NCBI GenBank assembly: GCA_019748175.1
Contig: JAIEPX010000012.1
Location: 132,413-196,412, forward strand
DNA: 64,000 bases
Origin: Gammaproteobacteria bacterium
GTDB lineage: Bacteria > Pseudomonadota > Gammaproteobacteria > JAIEPX01
Direction: 5' to 3'
The notes under the pieces are model-generated. The model made no database searches. It saw nothing but the letters and a program-made list of their open reading frames with translations, and was not told where the DNA came from. The position numbers were made by a program, and so were the translations under genes. Below, one piece after another: positions 11,801 through 19,739 of the stretch (its first letter is position 1; every line of letters begins with the position of its first letter).

Positions 11801-12792
11801 TCTCTCACTATCTTATAGATTTGGATATCACACAAGGTGATATAGTTGGTATTTGCCTGAATCGTGATTTTGATTTACTCATTGCTATTCTGGCTGTCTT
11901 AAAATCTGGCGCCGCTTTTTCACCCATAAACTGTGATATAACTCCTAGTAGTATCGATTCTGTCCAACTAAGTTGTAGAGCAATCATTACAGAAAAAGAT
12001 TTTCTGAGAAAATTCAGTACTCTTGATAACAAAATGATCTGCCTCGATAGGGACTGGCAGTTTATTCGACTCAAATCAAGTGATAACCCATTAATACCTA
12101 TTAATCTCGATGATATAGCAATCGTTATACCAACATCTCACTCACAGCACAGCCAAACACGCATTTTGGTCAGCCACAGAAACATCAGTATTTTAACACA
12201 ATGGTCTTTGTCACAATTCACAAAAGAGGAACTATCTGGCGTATTAGCTTCAAATCACCATTACAATGAAATGTCGTTATTTGAAATATTCCCAGCTTTA
12301 TGTGCTGGAGGAACAGTACATCTTGTAAGAGATATAGAAAATCTATCGGAAGTCCCTTTTTCCAATAATATTACACTGATTTCTATCACACCAGCACAGT
12401 TAAATAACCTTTTATATACTGATCAATTACCTCAATCTGTACGAACTATCATTTTACAAACTCGCTCGGTGGATAATGCTGCTATCTCAAATATTGTAAA
12501 TACATCCCACGTTATTAAATTATGCAACGCCTTTATCAATATGGAAGTCGGCCAACTCACTCCAGGATTATTACCGAAACCTATCAATACACAGACAGTC
12601 ATTGGAAAGCCAATACCTAACGCAAAATTAGTCGTACTTAATAAAAACTTAGAGACCCTCCCTGCTGGATCCCCTTCAGAAATGAACAAATTTGGATATG
12701 TACTCTGTTTAGGCTATTTGAATTTTTCTGATTTCACAACTGAAGAATTACTTACCAATCCTAATTTACAATCCTCAATTTCAAATGAGTAA
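2848..12792 (+). CDS. Bimodular non-ribosomal peptide synthetase with an N-terminal formyltransferase-like (F) domain. Domain order is F-(unassigned ~280 aa)-A1-T1-E-C-A2-T2-TE, followed by a degenerate A-domain N-terminal stub.
   Basis: The F domain has FHDSPLPRYAG and HMMSGKVDSGDIV (Fmt-like). A1 has LAYILYTSGSTGDPKG, NGYGPTE, YKTGD and KIKGIRVELGEIE. T1 has FFAMGGDSI and the E domain has HHLVIDGVSWRIF. The C domain has HHILLGASS. A2 has YIIYTSGTTGLPKG, YGPTETT, YRTGD and KIRGYRIELEEI. T2 has FFELGGNSI and the TE has GASFGAN. Residues ~2945-3314 keep A1/A2-like cores (LTYEKL, LKSGAAFSPIN) but lack cores A3 and A5-A10. Confidence 0.9.
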   Translation: MAKATSTESIKCVVIGKNSLALECASRLFSNPNFTLVSIVSPDPQLESLAVSNNIPYYKNTDTWIQSELKTKIDYLFSIIHEDILTDEILQLPRRGAINFHDSPLPRYAGLHATSWAILNNESTHGVTWHMMSGKVDSGDIVKQKRVEILPDDTALVLNMKCYEAGLELFNELLEDLQRVYLITQPQDLSKRTYYGYTAKPPLGGIINFNDTSQNIYRSWRSMYFGHTLNDFASCKFFIGTRCFIIQEMQIKASSSDCEPGQIIEITNDHIQIATKTGDVFITSLKTLDGHPCNFLNLKKLTQLSEGDTISHHDIALMEKISSKITQLFPHERYWVDELCAINPTSFPYFSHPTTKFKITSQKKLDLEPLLSHKNQHFDWEISYLCILSIYLFRITNKNNITLGIYRPQQNTEINTSFFSDIVPLNLHFEPQDTFLDLYAQIEKKINQVTTHSTFLNDITYRYPDLTDISTSHPGIYPCLIEYINKKEPQLKSQLELTTSYFKLTIDTANREYVLALGSSKNEEIKPKELLDKIHSHLFNLLDSIKNNILTPIIAHSYLDKKEIQQLLPAKIDDTKNILNSNVIQLFKEQVNRYGNHLSIISSEHSLTYEDLDNQSNHLAAYILEHVKSPQKSIALIMNQSDTAIISMLAILKINCIYVPLNPDNPTNRLRYILKDVDAAMVLTNTQNLQVTHACTENLNIPVLNVENTEILDQYSLPTNHQVKILPDDLAYILYTSGSTGDPKGVQIYHKGIVRLVKEQNYVQFTQNDIVAQFTTLIFDVSTFEIWGALLNGSTLFIIDKTLGLEPEKLHNIIRDNCTILFMTPAVFVEVYKAEPDTFDNLRILILGGEVVRSEDVRRLLKRKEELNLNLTIINGYGPTENTTWSTYYTIDKLKPGRDSIPIGKSISYSSAYILDNYFNLLPVGVPGELYLGGLGIAKGYINHEQLTQKAFIKDPFSKGNTLYKTGDIVKMLPDGNILFISRIDSQVKIKGIRVELGEIESWLLKYHSVKQGVVVSKPIKSNRHQLIAYIVPESQHFNIVELQHYLSQHLPEYMVPLQYVIIDNFPLSPSKKIDHSKLPDPLPLDAKNYQAPRNDKEALLVKIWSQILRIKHIGRNDNFFAMGGDSIIAMQIITKAYHDGWKLKAADIFHYPCISKLAPRLKPIQSKTSNESITDTIEGNIPLTPIQHWFFESAYSMTSSFSQYVLLKLDAKPDESIIEKTFDALIQHHDILRTFYENSEGHWQQTINSIVEPFKVNHDTLASKKYDSKIAEMESKISKTYSKFKLDQPPLVRCVLFSGSNDNYLAIIAHHLVIDGVSWRIFLDDFFMAYHTYYHNKTIPLPIKSSSFKSWSKYLCEFSSSITLLNETNYWLQQSSDNEIPTDFRRGENTEKNAKTIESELDLTNISLTYKQVSARDILTTALAITLCDYFDLNEINFYMESHGRETFNSKLDLSRSMGWFTSLSPIKLSLESSQNKIQYLNMLRNVRKKIGNIPRQGIGFGLVKYLTEDLNTRKIVNDILVSSMCFNFLGNFDAGINTSDMQLVGRPIRLTDSATSLRQFLIELTAWIKNDKLHLEWKYSANYYKASTIQAVSNHYIKNINSIVSQCINSLSQTLVSHDFPLASLTQEQLSICITKYPNLENIAQLSSLQSGLLFHHLQYPDSNIYHSQYIWTDTRALDLRVFKKAWETIIKRHSIFRTTFLWKHFKSPIQIVDSTIKLPWKNYICSSLSREAKKAMINAILREDQERYFDFSDHPLMRLSIIQTNPSTYVIVWTHHHILLGASSIKNVISELYLIYHALLSDQQYYLPPAVPFSEYIAYQNQKFNHKLSKRFWIKYLNRFNSIAITKLLGEIHENTSPDFHQHEFVIPDKYASKIKKFSKSCNTSLNTVMLYAWALLISRYTDSLDISVGVAISTRPNDYFTNESIIGPLINTLPCRITLEDDEPLQQSLKRINDNILDITQHSHTALLDIYKWLKRNTQDQLFDTLFVFENYPLDFIDEHISELKVNAITHYPLVLNVYPHDKIQLVMTYNKNVICTTIIENIMTNYYHTLCEIIDDNIRNTKDIDILSITESSLLKNSWNHRKSDYPHFTITNLFTEIANLYPSKTAITYQNEKLTYDKLDKVTNRWANYLLENGLNKGDVVAVYIDRSIEMVIALLAILKAGGVYLPIDTTYPTYRVNYILDDAGAKFIFTQSSLLGIIDPKYLSLSIDILNSNLITTVYDNLPLIELSYSDLIYIIYTSGTTGLPKGIQIQHKSVINTIYSIFRELKLSSNDKLLSFTSISFDISALEIFGPLLWGMELEIASSESTKTNSSLTKLMNESSPTIIQGTPSLLFLMVNAGWKPKKGIKIISGGETLTQSLANSILAMGANLWNVYGPTETTIWSTISRVYSNKKIVIGKPIANTAIYILDQRQKIAPIGVPGELVIGGDGITPGYINRPELNKKRFIPNPYSSSVAERLYRTGDLARWLPSGELEFIDRLDNQVKIRGYRIELEEIRTILLKFTSIKDCVVLKVGDNYNEAHLKAFFTLKNPNMNFDISDLRTHLASYLPYYMIPDEFIPVEGIPINTNGKVDKEQILQLYASHHKKDIGNYNPVENPTEQLILNLFNKVLSAKNIEPNDSFFELGGNSISAIQILSNIQDCFSISLSLPDILTLQTPRQLAKAIIHKKFQNLDSYENITSPIVGLQLKGDKPPLFLIHPVGGTIFWFVKLAQYLGKDRPIYGLQDPALSTERAHFSTFEAMATFYAKEIKNIHPNGPYLLAGASFGANMAAEIAKQLIAEGKKVLFVGLLDGWAEYPDEVSTHRFLKKEMKAQYNELKKKLPEVNNNSIKPIIDFAWHRSHLLDAYSLDWIDCPLVLFKAKSTLSIFSDIESPSNHWTGRTPYLKTIIAPGNHETMFFDPNVETLAKQINTAIHDSENMGNHDSHNNAFFNDSDISYPRITVIEMFESIAEKEYSSFAAVNNGICLTYEKLNNLANQLSHYLIDLDITQGDIVGICLNRDFDLLIAILAVLKSGAAFSPINCDITPSSIDSVQLSCRAIITEKDFLRKFSTLDNKMICLDRDWQFIRLKSSDNPLIPINLDDIAIVIPTSHSQHSQTRILVSHRNISILTQWSLSQFTKEELSGVLASNHHYNEMSLFEIFPALCAGGTVHLVRDIENLSEVPFSNNITLISITPAQLNNLLYTDQLPQSVRTIILQTRSVDNAAISNIVNTSHVIKLCNAFINMEVGQLTPGLLPKPINTQTVIGKPIPNAKLVVLNKNLETLPAGSPSEMNKFGYVLCLGYLNFSDFTTEELLTNPNLQSSISNE

Positions 12793-12894
12793 GGTGACGT
12801 CAGCTCGATTGATGACTGCTTCCTTCGCATCTGCCGCAAAAACTGAACTTTGAGCAAGTAGAGCTAAACTGAATCCTAAAATTTGTACTTTCAT
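12781..12894 (-). pseudogene. Truncated remnant of the secreted-protein gene 5' end (37 codons) inside the right-hand repeat copy. It overlaps the NRPS stop codon.
   Basis: The minus-strand ATG at 12894 gives MKVQILGFSLALLAQSSVFAADAKEAVINRADVTLLI*, a near-identical signal peptide to the 1..144 ORF. It ends after ~34 homologous residues. Confidence 0.5.
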
Positions 12895-12975
12895 TGCCTC
12901 ATCCTTGAACAATAAACCTATCTCTAAGTAAAGCAGACCTTTAGAGATTGTCACATTGCGCTGTGTCTTCGTCTA
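12793..12975. repeat. Right copy of the ~183-bp direct repeat. It begins 1 nt after the NRPS TAA.
   Basis: It aligns along its whole length to 43-225. The flanks on both sides are unrelated. Confidence 0.8.
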
Positions 12976-13064
12976 GATTCGACCTTTTTCACACATCAGT
13001 TAATATTATCTTAAGGTTCTATGGGTAATATATCCGATTATTGTATGAAAAGCTTGGGGATTGT

Positions 13065-13859
13065 ATGAACGAAAGTACTCCTGTAAAAGAACCTATCGAT
13101 AAATCAGACCTTGTAAAACACTTTGAAGCCGGGGATTTACTGTTTGGGTTAGAAAACGAAGCTCGAGCCCTTTACTATGAAATTATTCGTCTTCAGTTAA
13201 GTAAATCAGACTCAACAATATTGTTTATCACCGTGGATGACATCAATAAAGAACTCTCTGCAGAATATATGTTTGGTGCAGAGGCTGAATCGCCAAAAAA
13301 TAAACAAACACAATATAATGCTTTTGCACAAAGACATCTTGATTCATGGAAAGCACACAAGAAGTTTGCTCCGAAAATGATTACTGAGAAAGGTGAAGCA
13401 AGAGCAGACAAAGCATTTATTTATTCTTGTAAAGTGGCTCTTTTAACACACAGCAGTAAAATACATTTCTGTTTAGACTTCTTCCAGCCCGAAGCTATAC
13501 GAAACAAAGCACACGACAACTATAAAAGTTACACATCCAAAGAATTAAGACTCTGTGCTAAAAATTGGGAACAAGTTAAAAATAGAGTTGTGTTTTATAT
13601 GGATGGCATGAGATGCAGTCCTCCTTGGGGAGAACGTGAACCTCTTGAGTGGTTAAATGACAAGAGTTCAATGACTCAATCCAGTGATTTAGATCAGAGT
13701 AGCCCATTACCTGAAGCATCACTTAAAACGCCACCTCATGGGAGTCAAAATTTTTTCAAAATGCCCACTTCAATATCCCCAGATTCAGATATCACGGAGA
13801 CCTCTCAAGAAAGTAAAAAAGATATCGATGCCATTGCAAAAAAGAAGTTGGATTTCTAA
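13065..13859 (+). CDS. Hypothetical protein. The ORF-track start at 13041 is TTG; the ATG at 13065 (MNESTPV..) is the likelier start.
   Basis: GGGGA lies 5 nt upstream of the ATG at 13065. No recognisable domain was found. The C-terminus is polar, Ser/Glu-rich. Confidence 0.5.
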   Translation: MNESTPVKEPIDKSDLVKHFEAGDLLFGLENEARALYYEIIRLQLSKSDSTILFITVDDINKELSAEYMFGAEAESPKNKQTQYNAFAQRHLDSWKAHKKFAPKMITEKGEARADKAFIYSCKVALLTHSSKIHFCLDFFQPEAIRNKAHDNYKSYTSKELRLCAKNWEQVKNRVVFYMDGMRCSPPWGEREPLEWLNDKSSMTQSSDLDQSSPLPEASLKTPPHGSQNFFKMPTSISPDSDITETSQESKKDIDAIAKKKLDF

Positions 13860-13914
13860 CTGGACGATTCCTCTTCACTCAGCAATACAATTAAGTAGTC
13901 GTATCAATGGAATA

Positions 13915-14859
13915 TTAGTCTAAACATAACAGAGATTCGCGCGTAAAATATTCTTCTTGATAATGAGAGCGAACCCATTTTTTATAAAGTTCTAGTGCCT
14001 CAGTTTCAATACTTGCGATTCGCGTAGAATTGCCTTTATTATGCACTATAGTATTCTTAATATAGTCTTTCATTGTTAAAATTGAATCAAATGATTCATT
14101 TAAGAGTGATGCAAGCTGATTTCCATGTAATGCATTGAATGAATCATTTAAATAGTACTTCCCAAGCCTTTCCGCAAGAAGTATAGCGAAATAGGCTTCA
14201 TAAAGATATTTGTAGAAAAGTCTGCCGCTCTTTTCAACTTGGCCAAAATACTTGAATAAAGGAAGATTGAGATTAGCCAACATCAAAAATCCTGCAGCCC
14301 CGAATTGCCTTCCAATAATATATAAGTTACCGCTAAATTTATTATACTCACTAAGATCAACTTTTTTATCTTCCGCTAGCGCCCTATCTGCTAAAACAAT
14401 AATTTCATTTAAATAATCACAAAATGCGTGAAAATTATAGCTTGAGAGAGCTTTCATTAAGTAAAGTTTGGATGTGGCTTGACCTGAAGTAGTCTGTACT
14501 CTTTGTAACTCAAGATGTTTACTATAATAAAAAACACCTTTAATTAAAAAATAACTTAATAGGCTAGACTGTGGCTTTAATTGATAACATGCAAGTTGAC
14601 CATCCAATTCTAACAAAGATAGATAATCTTCTGAAGTGATAAGCGTATCCCAAAAACTACTGAGCGTATCGTCACAGCAAAGCGTCTCTAAATCTGCTTC
14701 CAGACTCGTGGCTTCCAAAAACATGGGAAGTGACTGAACTGCATAATATTGAACAAAATCAATAAGAACGTCGTTCGACTGTTTTTTAGCCAACACTCTT
14801 TGATGTAAATCTCTAAATTTTTCTACAATAGAATTATGCGATAATCCTTTCTTATTCAT
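13915..14859 (-). CDS. Hypothetical protein of 314 aa.
   Basis: There is a long ORF with a strong AAGGAGG RBS before the ATG at 14859. No recognisable motif was found. Confidence 0.55.
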   Translation of the reverse strand: MNKKGLSHNSIVEKFRDLHQRVLAKKQSNDVLIDFVQYYAVQSLPMFLEATSLEADLETLCCDDTLSSFWDTLITSEDYLSLLELDGQLACYQLKPQSSLLSYFLIKGVFYYSKHLELQRVQTTSGQATSKLYLMKALSSYNFHAFCDYLNEIIVLADRALAEDKKVDLSEYNKFSGNLYIIGRQFGAAGFLMLANLNLPLFKYFGQVEKSGRLFYKYLYEAYFAILLAERLGKYYLNDSFNALHGNQLASLLNESFDSILTMKDYIKNTIVHNKGNSTRIASIETEALELYKKWVRSHYQEEYFTRESLLCLD

Positions 14860-15024
14860 ATATGCCTCCTTGCATTTTGTATGAAGAATATACCAGATAA
14901 ATGATTAGAAAGAAATAAGATAACGGCGTCGCGTCTAGGTTTTACAAAATCATTATTAACTTCTACTGTAAACTGAGACGTTTTGAGTATAGAATATGGC
15001 TGTTGAGCAGAAGGAATCTAAGCC

Positions 15025-15771
15025 ATGTCAATCATCATCATTCTCACCATGCTACTGGTTGCTGTAGCTAGTTTAATCTTAAATCGTAGACGTACTGGAA
15101 TATTTTTCAACCTAGTTACTTTGGTCTTATTCTTACTGGCAGGCTCTGGATTACTCACTCAACTTACTCTCAATTCACTGCAATCACAGGCGCCCCTTGA
15201 AACGCCTCATTGGACAAAGCGAAACGCGATTTTGATTCTTGGGATAGGCACTACACAATGGCCTGCTACTTCACACATCTCCACGCATCCACTTGGATAC
15301 TCTAGGATTCACGAAGCTGCACGACTTTATTATCTCTGCAAAAAGCAAGCAGTCGTCTGTCGCGTCATCACTTCCGGGGGAGATCCAACAAAGCATGGCA
15401 CTGCAGAAGCCGCTGTTATGGCACGTGAGTTAATGGAAATTGGGGTGCCTTCTGCAGACATCATCATGGAATCTAAGAGCCGAAATACCTTTGAAAATGC
15501 AAAATTCTCCAGCGAACTTATTCGTTCACAAAATCTTGATAACCTCACCTTGGTTACCTCTGGCTTTCATATGAAACGATCTTTGCTATTATTCCAGGCG
15601 TTTGATTTATATCCCTTGCCAGCAGCCTCTGATCGATTATCAGCACATATCTCTCTGCTACCATTATCTCAGAATTTAGCCCTTCTTGACTTGGCTCTGC
15701 ATGAATATACCGGTATGGCACAGTACTACCTGTATAACTTTATGGGATGGAATTCAAAACCAAAAAAATAA
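15025..15771 (+). CDS. DUF218 / YdcF (SanA/ElyC)-family membrane-anchored protein.
   Basis: It has an N-terminal TM segment and the characteristic GGDPTKHG...SRNTFENA...TSGFHM core. AAGGAA precedes the ATG. Confidence 0.7.
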   Translation: MSIIIILTMLLVAVASLILNRRRTGIFFNLVTLVLFLLAGSGLLTQLTLNSLQSQAPLETPHWTKRNAILILGIGTTQWPATSHISTHPLGYSRIHEAARLYYLCKKQAVVCRVITSGGDPTKHGTAEAAVMARELMEIGVPSADIIMESKSRNTFENAKFSSELIRSQNLDNLTLVTSGFHMKRSLLLFQAFDLYPLPAASDRLSAHISLLPLSQNLALLDLALHEYTGMAQYYLYNFMGWNSKPKK

Positions 15772-15800
15772 TGGGGTCCTATCTTGAGATACGATGACTT

Positions 15801-16481
15801 TTATTTTTTTGTAGCCTTAATCAAATAAGTCTCTTCGTTTCCATCCGTAGCAGGAACCTGATGAACAATTTGAAAGTCGAAATTATCGGAAAAAGTTTTC
15901 ATTGGATTTATCTTTTCTACACGGCGTGAATAACTAATAAGAATACAGCCATCTGGATGTAAATGATGATAGCCAGTTTCAAAAAGATTGGTGCGCGCTT
16001 TAAATTGCGGGTCGTAAAAAGCGATTTCCATATTATTATTAGCTTCTGAGCTTTCCCAAGGTATAGAAGCAAGGATAATATCGAATTTAGAGTCGGGAGA
16101 AATATTAGAAAAACCATCGCTTAACAAGACCTGAACCTGATCAGCCACACCATTTACATTGCAATTGTGTTGTGTACATTGCACAGCCTTAGGATTGATA
16201 TCTATGGCTGTCACCTGCGCTCCATGTTTTGCAGCAAATATAGCAAGGATACCAGTACCGGTACCAAAATCTAAAACACGAACACCTGAACGAAGCATAC
16301 TAGTGCCTTTATCCTCTAAATATAGGAGCGTGATTTCATCAGTTTCTGGAGGATAGACGGTATCATCAACTTGTATAGGTATTCCGAATGCCTCCATGTT
16401 GTAAGGTGTTTTGCGCTTACAAAACTCACTAAGTAACGCATCAGCAACATGACTTCTTCCGTGAACAAACTCTTTTTTCAC
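15801..16481 (-). CDS. Class I SAM-dependent methyltransferase with a small MTS-type domain (HemK/RsmC-like).
   Basis: Motif I is VLDFGTGTGILAIFAA, followed by DINPKAV. The ORF-track start at 16487 is a TTG abutting the SD. The GTG at 16481, with AGGAG 7 nt upstream, is a more likely start. Confidence 0.65.
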   Translation of the reverse strand: MKKEFVHGRSHVADALLSEFCKRKTPYNMEAFGIPIQVDDTVYPPETDEITLLYLEDKGTSMLRSGVRVLDFGTGTGILAIFAAKHGAQVTAIDINPKAVQCTQHNCNVNGVADQVQVLLSDGFSNISPDSKFDIILASIPWESSEANNNMEIAFYDPQFKARTNLFETGYHHLHPDGCILISYSRRVEKINPMKTFSDNFDFQIVHQVPATDGNEETYLIKATKK

Positions 16482-16557
16482 TGTCAATCTCCTATGCCTA
16501 GAATAGTTCCTATAAATTCGATTTGGCTATGCGATTATTTTACCTTTGATAGTCAGA

Positions 16558-19191
16558 TTAACCTTGAGCAACTTTTAGACCACCCTCTTGGGCCTTAACC
16601 CAATCAAATACGCCATCCAATGCTTCATCTAATTTTTCGGGGTTTTCACCACTGCCTTGTGCAAGTTCAGAGCGACCACCGCCTTTGCCGCCAAGTTGTG
16701 CAGCAACAAAATTGACAAGTTCTCCGGCGCTGAGGCGATCGGCGCAATTTTTAGTAGCTCCGGCAACCAGTCGAACTTTTTGATCTTCGACTGTCGCTAT
16801 CAAAATGATGGCACTGCCTAGTTTATCTTTGAGTTGATCGATTAAATCACGTGCAGTTTTGACATCAACTCCATCAACTCTTGCCGCTAAAACTTTTACT
16901 CCGTTAATGTCTTTAGCTTGGCTAATGAGATCAGACGTTTTTGATCCCGCAAGTTGTGATTTTAACTGATTTATTTCTTTTTCGAGCTGACGCTTTTCTT
17001 CTATGCTCTGCTCTAATTTTAAAATAATATTTTGTCGATTTGTTTTGAGTAATTGCGCAGCCTGCAATAAATGAGATTCAGTTTCTTCTAACCATGTTAA
17101 TGCAGCATCGCCAGTTACAGCTTCTAAACGTCGAATGCCAGCAGCAATGCCTGTTTCAGAAATAATTTTAAATAAACCGATTTCACCTGTATGTTTAACG
17201 TGCGTGCCGCCACATAATTCCATCGAGAACTCACCGATACTAAGCACTCGAACTTCATCGCCATATTTTTCTCCAAACAGCGCCATCGCACCTTTTTTAG
17301 TGGCTTGTTCGGGTGACATGGTTTCAACATTACCTGTTAAATTCGCACGGATTTGTTGATTGACTAAGCGCTCAACATCCAAAATTTGTTGTGGTGTCAT
17401 GGGTTCATGATGAGCGTAATCAAAGCGCAAACGATCAGCCGCGACGAGGGATCCTTTTTGAATAACATGAGCGCCAACAACGCGTCGTAATGCAGCGTGT
17501 AGTAAATGTGTTGCGGTGTGATTGATCATTATGGATTGACGATCCGAATCAACTTCGGCATCGACTTTGGTATTTACGCGCAAAACCCCGTGATTTATCT
17601 TCCCATAATGAAGATGCACCATGCCCTGCTTTTTGGTATCAGAGACTCTAAAATATCCCTGTTCATATTGTATTTTTCCTTTATCACCAATTTGGCCGCC
17701 CGCTTCTGCATAGAAAGGTGTACGATCCAAAATCACAATACCCGACTGCCCTTCAATTAATTCTTTAGTTGCTTTACCATCTTGGTCAAACAAGGCAGTG
17801 ACTGTCGCTTCGTCAGTCGTTTTATCATAACCCGTAAAAGCCGTTTCACCCTGCACCTGTAATTGCCCGGTATAATCAACGGCAAATTGACTCGCTGATT
17901 GCGATTGTTTGCGTTGCGCACCCATCGCCTCATCAAAACCTGCGTAATCAACGGCAAATCCACGCTCACGCGCAATATCTGCCGTTAAATCCGTAGGAAA
18001 CCCATAGGTATCGTATAATTTAAAAACAACTTCACCCGGAATTTCTTGACCCGATATTTTTGCAAACGCTTCTTCCAATAATTGCATGCCTTGATCTAAT
18101 GTTTTTTCAAACTGATCTTCTTCGCGTTTTAATACTGAAATAATACGGTCTTTTTCTTCGATTAATCGTGGATAGGCATCACCCATTACATCAACCAGTG
18201 GCTGAACCATTTCATGGAAAAATGAAGGTGATAATCCTAATTTTTTTCCGTGACGAATCGCTCGACGCAAAATACGTCTTAAAACATAGCCTCTTCCTTC
18301 ATTGGAAGGAATTACACCATCGGCGATCAAAAATGCAACTGAACGAATATGATCGGCAATAACACGAATAGAAGTAAGACTTTCTTCATCATTTGACAAC
18401 TTTGCTTGAAGCAAAAGAGCTTGCGTCGCCTGAATCAAATGTTGAAAAAGATCAATATCATAATTACTGTGTACCTGTTGCTTAACTGCAGCTATACGTT
18501 CCAATCCCATTCCGGTATCCACTGACGGTTTTGGTAAAGGTGTCATGGAACCATCAGGATGGCGATTAAATTGCATGAAAACTAAATTCCAAATTTCAAC
18601 ATAGCGATCGCCGTCTTCTTCTGGAGATCCTGGAGGTCCGCCGGGAATACTATCGCCGTGATCATAAAAAATTTCAGTGCAAGGACCGCACGGTCCTGTG
18701 TCACCCATAGACCAGAAGTTACTTTTTTCACCAAGATGAGCGAATTGATCTCGACTCACGCCAATATCGTTCAACCAAATGTCTTCTGCTTCTTTATCGT
18801 CTTTATAAACGGTTATCCACAACTTTTCTTTTGGTATTTTTAATTCTTGAGTTAAAAACTTCCAAGCAAACTCGATCGCTGCTTTTTTAAAATAATCACC
18901 AAAACTAAAATTACCGAGCATTTCAAAAAACGTGTGATGGCGAGCGGTATAGCCTACGTTATCAAGATCATTATGTTTTCCACCGGCTCGTACACAACAT
19001 TGGCTACTTGTTGCACGATTATAAGGCCGTTGTTCCATACCTAAAAATACATCTTTAAACTGCACCATACCTGCGTTTGTAAATAATAATGTAGGGTCAT
19101 TTCCTGGAATTAATGAGCTACTGGAAACAACGCTATGGCCATGCTGTTTAAAATACGCTAAAAATTTTGATCGAATTTCACTGGTTTTCAT
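16558..19191 (-). CDS. alaS: Alanine--tRNA ligase.
   Basis: The protein is 877 aa with class II aaRS motifs. The editing domain has HTATHLLH and CGGTH, and there is a C-terminal DHHA1 region. Confidence 0.97.
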   Translation of the reverse strand: MKTSEIRSKFLAYFKQHGHSVVSSSSLIPGNDPTLLFTNAGMVQFKDVFLGMEQRPYNRATSSQCCVRAGGKHNDLDNVGYTARHHTFFEMLGNFSFGDYFKKAAIEFAWKFLTQELKIPKEKLWITVYKDDKEAEDIWLNDIGVSRDQFAHLGEKSNFWSMGDTGPCGPCTEIFYDHGDSIPGGPPGSPEEDGDRYVEIWNLVFMQFNRHPDGSMTPLPKPSVDTGMGLERIAAVKQQVHSNYDIDLFQHLIQATQALLLQAKLSNDEESLTSIRVIADHIRSVAFLIADGVIPSNEGRGYVLRRILRRAIRHGKKLGLSPSFFHEMVQPLVDVMGDAYPRLIEEKDRIISVLKREEDQFEKTLDQGMQLLEEAFAKISGQEIPGEVVFKLYDTYGFPTDLTADIARERGFAVDYAGFDEAMGAQRKQSQSASQFAVDYTGQLQVQGETAFTGYDKTTDEATVTALFDQDGKATKELIEGQSGIVILDRTPFYAEAGGQIGDKGKIQYEQGYFRVSDTKKQGMVHLHYGKINHGVLRVNTKVDAEVDSDRQSIMINHTATHLLHAALRRVVGAHVIQKGSLVAADRLRFDYAHHEPMTPQQILDVERLVNQQIRANLTGNVETMSPEQATKKGAMALFGEKYGDEVRVLSIGEFSMELCGGTHVKHTGEIGLFKIISETGIAAGIRRLEAVTGDAALTWLEETESHLLQAAQLLKTNRQNIILKLEQSIEEKRQLEKEINQLKSQLAGSKTSDLISQAKDINGVKVLAARVDGVDVKTARDLIDQLKDKLGSAIILIATVEDQKVRLVAGATKNCADRLSAGELVNFVAAQLGGKGGGRSELAQGSGENPEKLDEALDGVFDWVKAQEGGLKVAQG

Positions 19192-19261
19192 AGACTAAAC
19201 TCGCATAATTAATCGGTAGAAGCACTACCCTGTCACTAAATTAAAAATAAACAAAGGACCT

Positions 19262-19720
19262 TTATAAATTTTCATAAGACAACCATTCACTGTGTTCATC
19301 CTCAAATCCTCGATATTGCAAAAATCGCTTCTGCTTTGCCCAAGACAGATAATCTTCGGGCTTTTTGCCTGCAAATTTTTTTACCCAGGTACTTTGAGCT
19401 AATGCTTTCCAATCTTGGTTTGGAATATCACCCAACGTCTGCGCAATTAATTCTTCTGACACACCGCGCTCACGTAAAGCTTGCTCTATTCTTCGTGGAC
19501 CAAATCCTCGCCGAGTTCTAGCTCGACAATATTGCTCGGCAAATCGTTGATCAGAAAGCAATCCACTTTTCATCAATGAAGCAAGAGTCCTGGGAATATC
19601 GTCTTCGGCAAAACCTTTCATTCGCAATTTGCGAGCCAACTCAAACTGCGAATGTTCACGTCGCGCTAACAAATCCATGGCACGAAGCATGACGGCAGAA
19701 GCAGAAGACGATTTCGTCAC
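19262..19720 (-). CDS. recX: Recombination regulator RecX.
   Basis: It lies immediately downstream of recA. The protein is 152 aa with RecX-like helical repeats (LLARREHSQFELARKL). The start is a GTG. Confidence 0.85.
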   Translation of the reverse strand: MTKSSSASAVMLRAMDLLARREHSQFELARKLRMKGFAEDDIPRTLASLMKSGLLSDQRFAEQYCRARTRRGFGPRRIEQALRERGVSEELIAQTLGDIPNQDWKALAQSTWVKKFAGKKPEDYLSWAKQKRFLQYRGFEDEHSEWLSYENL

Positions 19721-19739
19721 TCAACTATTCCCTTTACAA

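Noticed and set aside
15761-15830. Possible terminator after the DUF218 gene (T-run TTTTATTTTTTT).
   Set aside because: No convincing GC-rich stem precedes the T-run.
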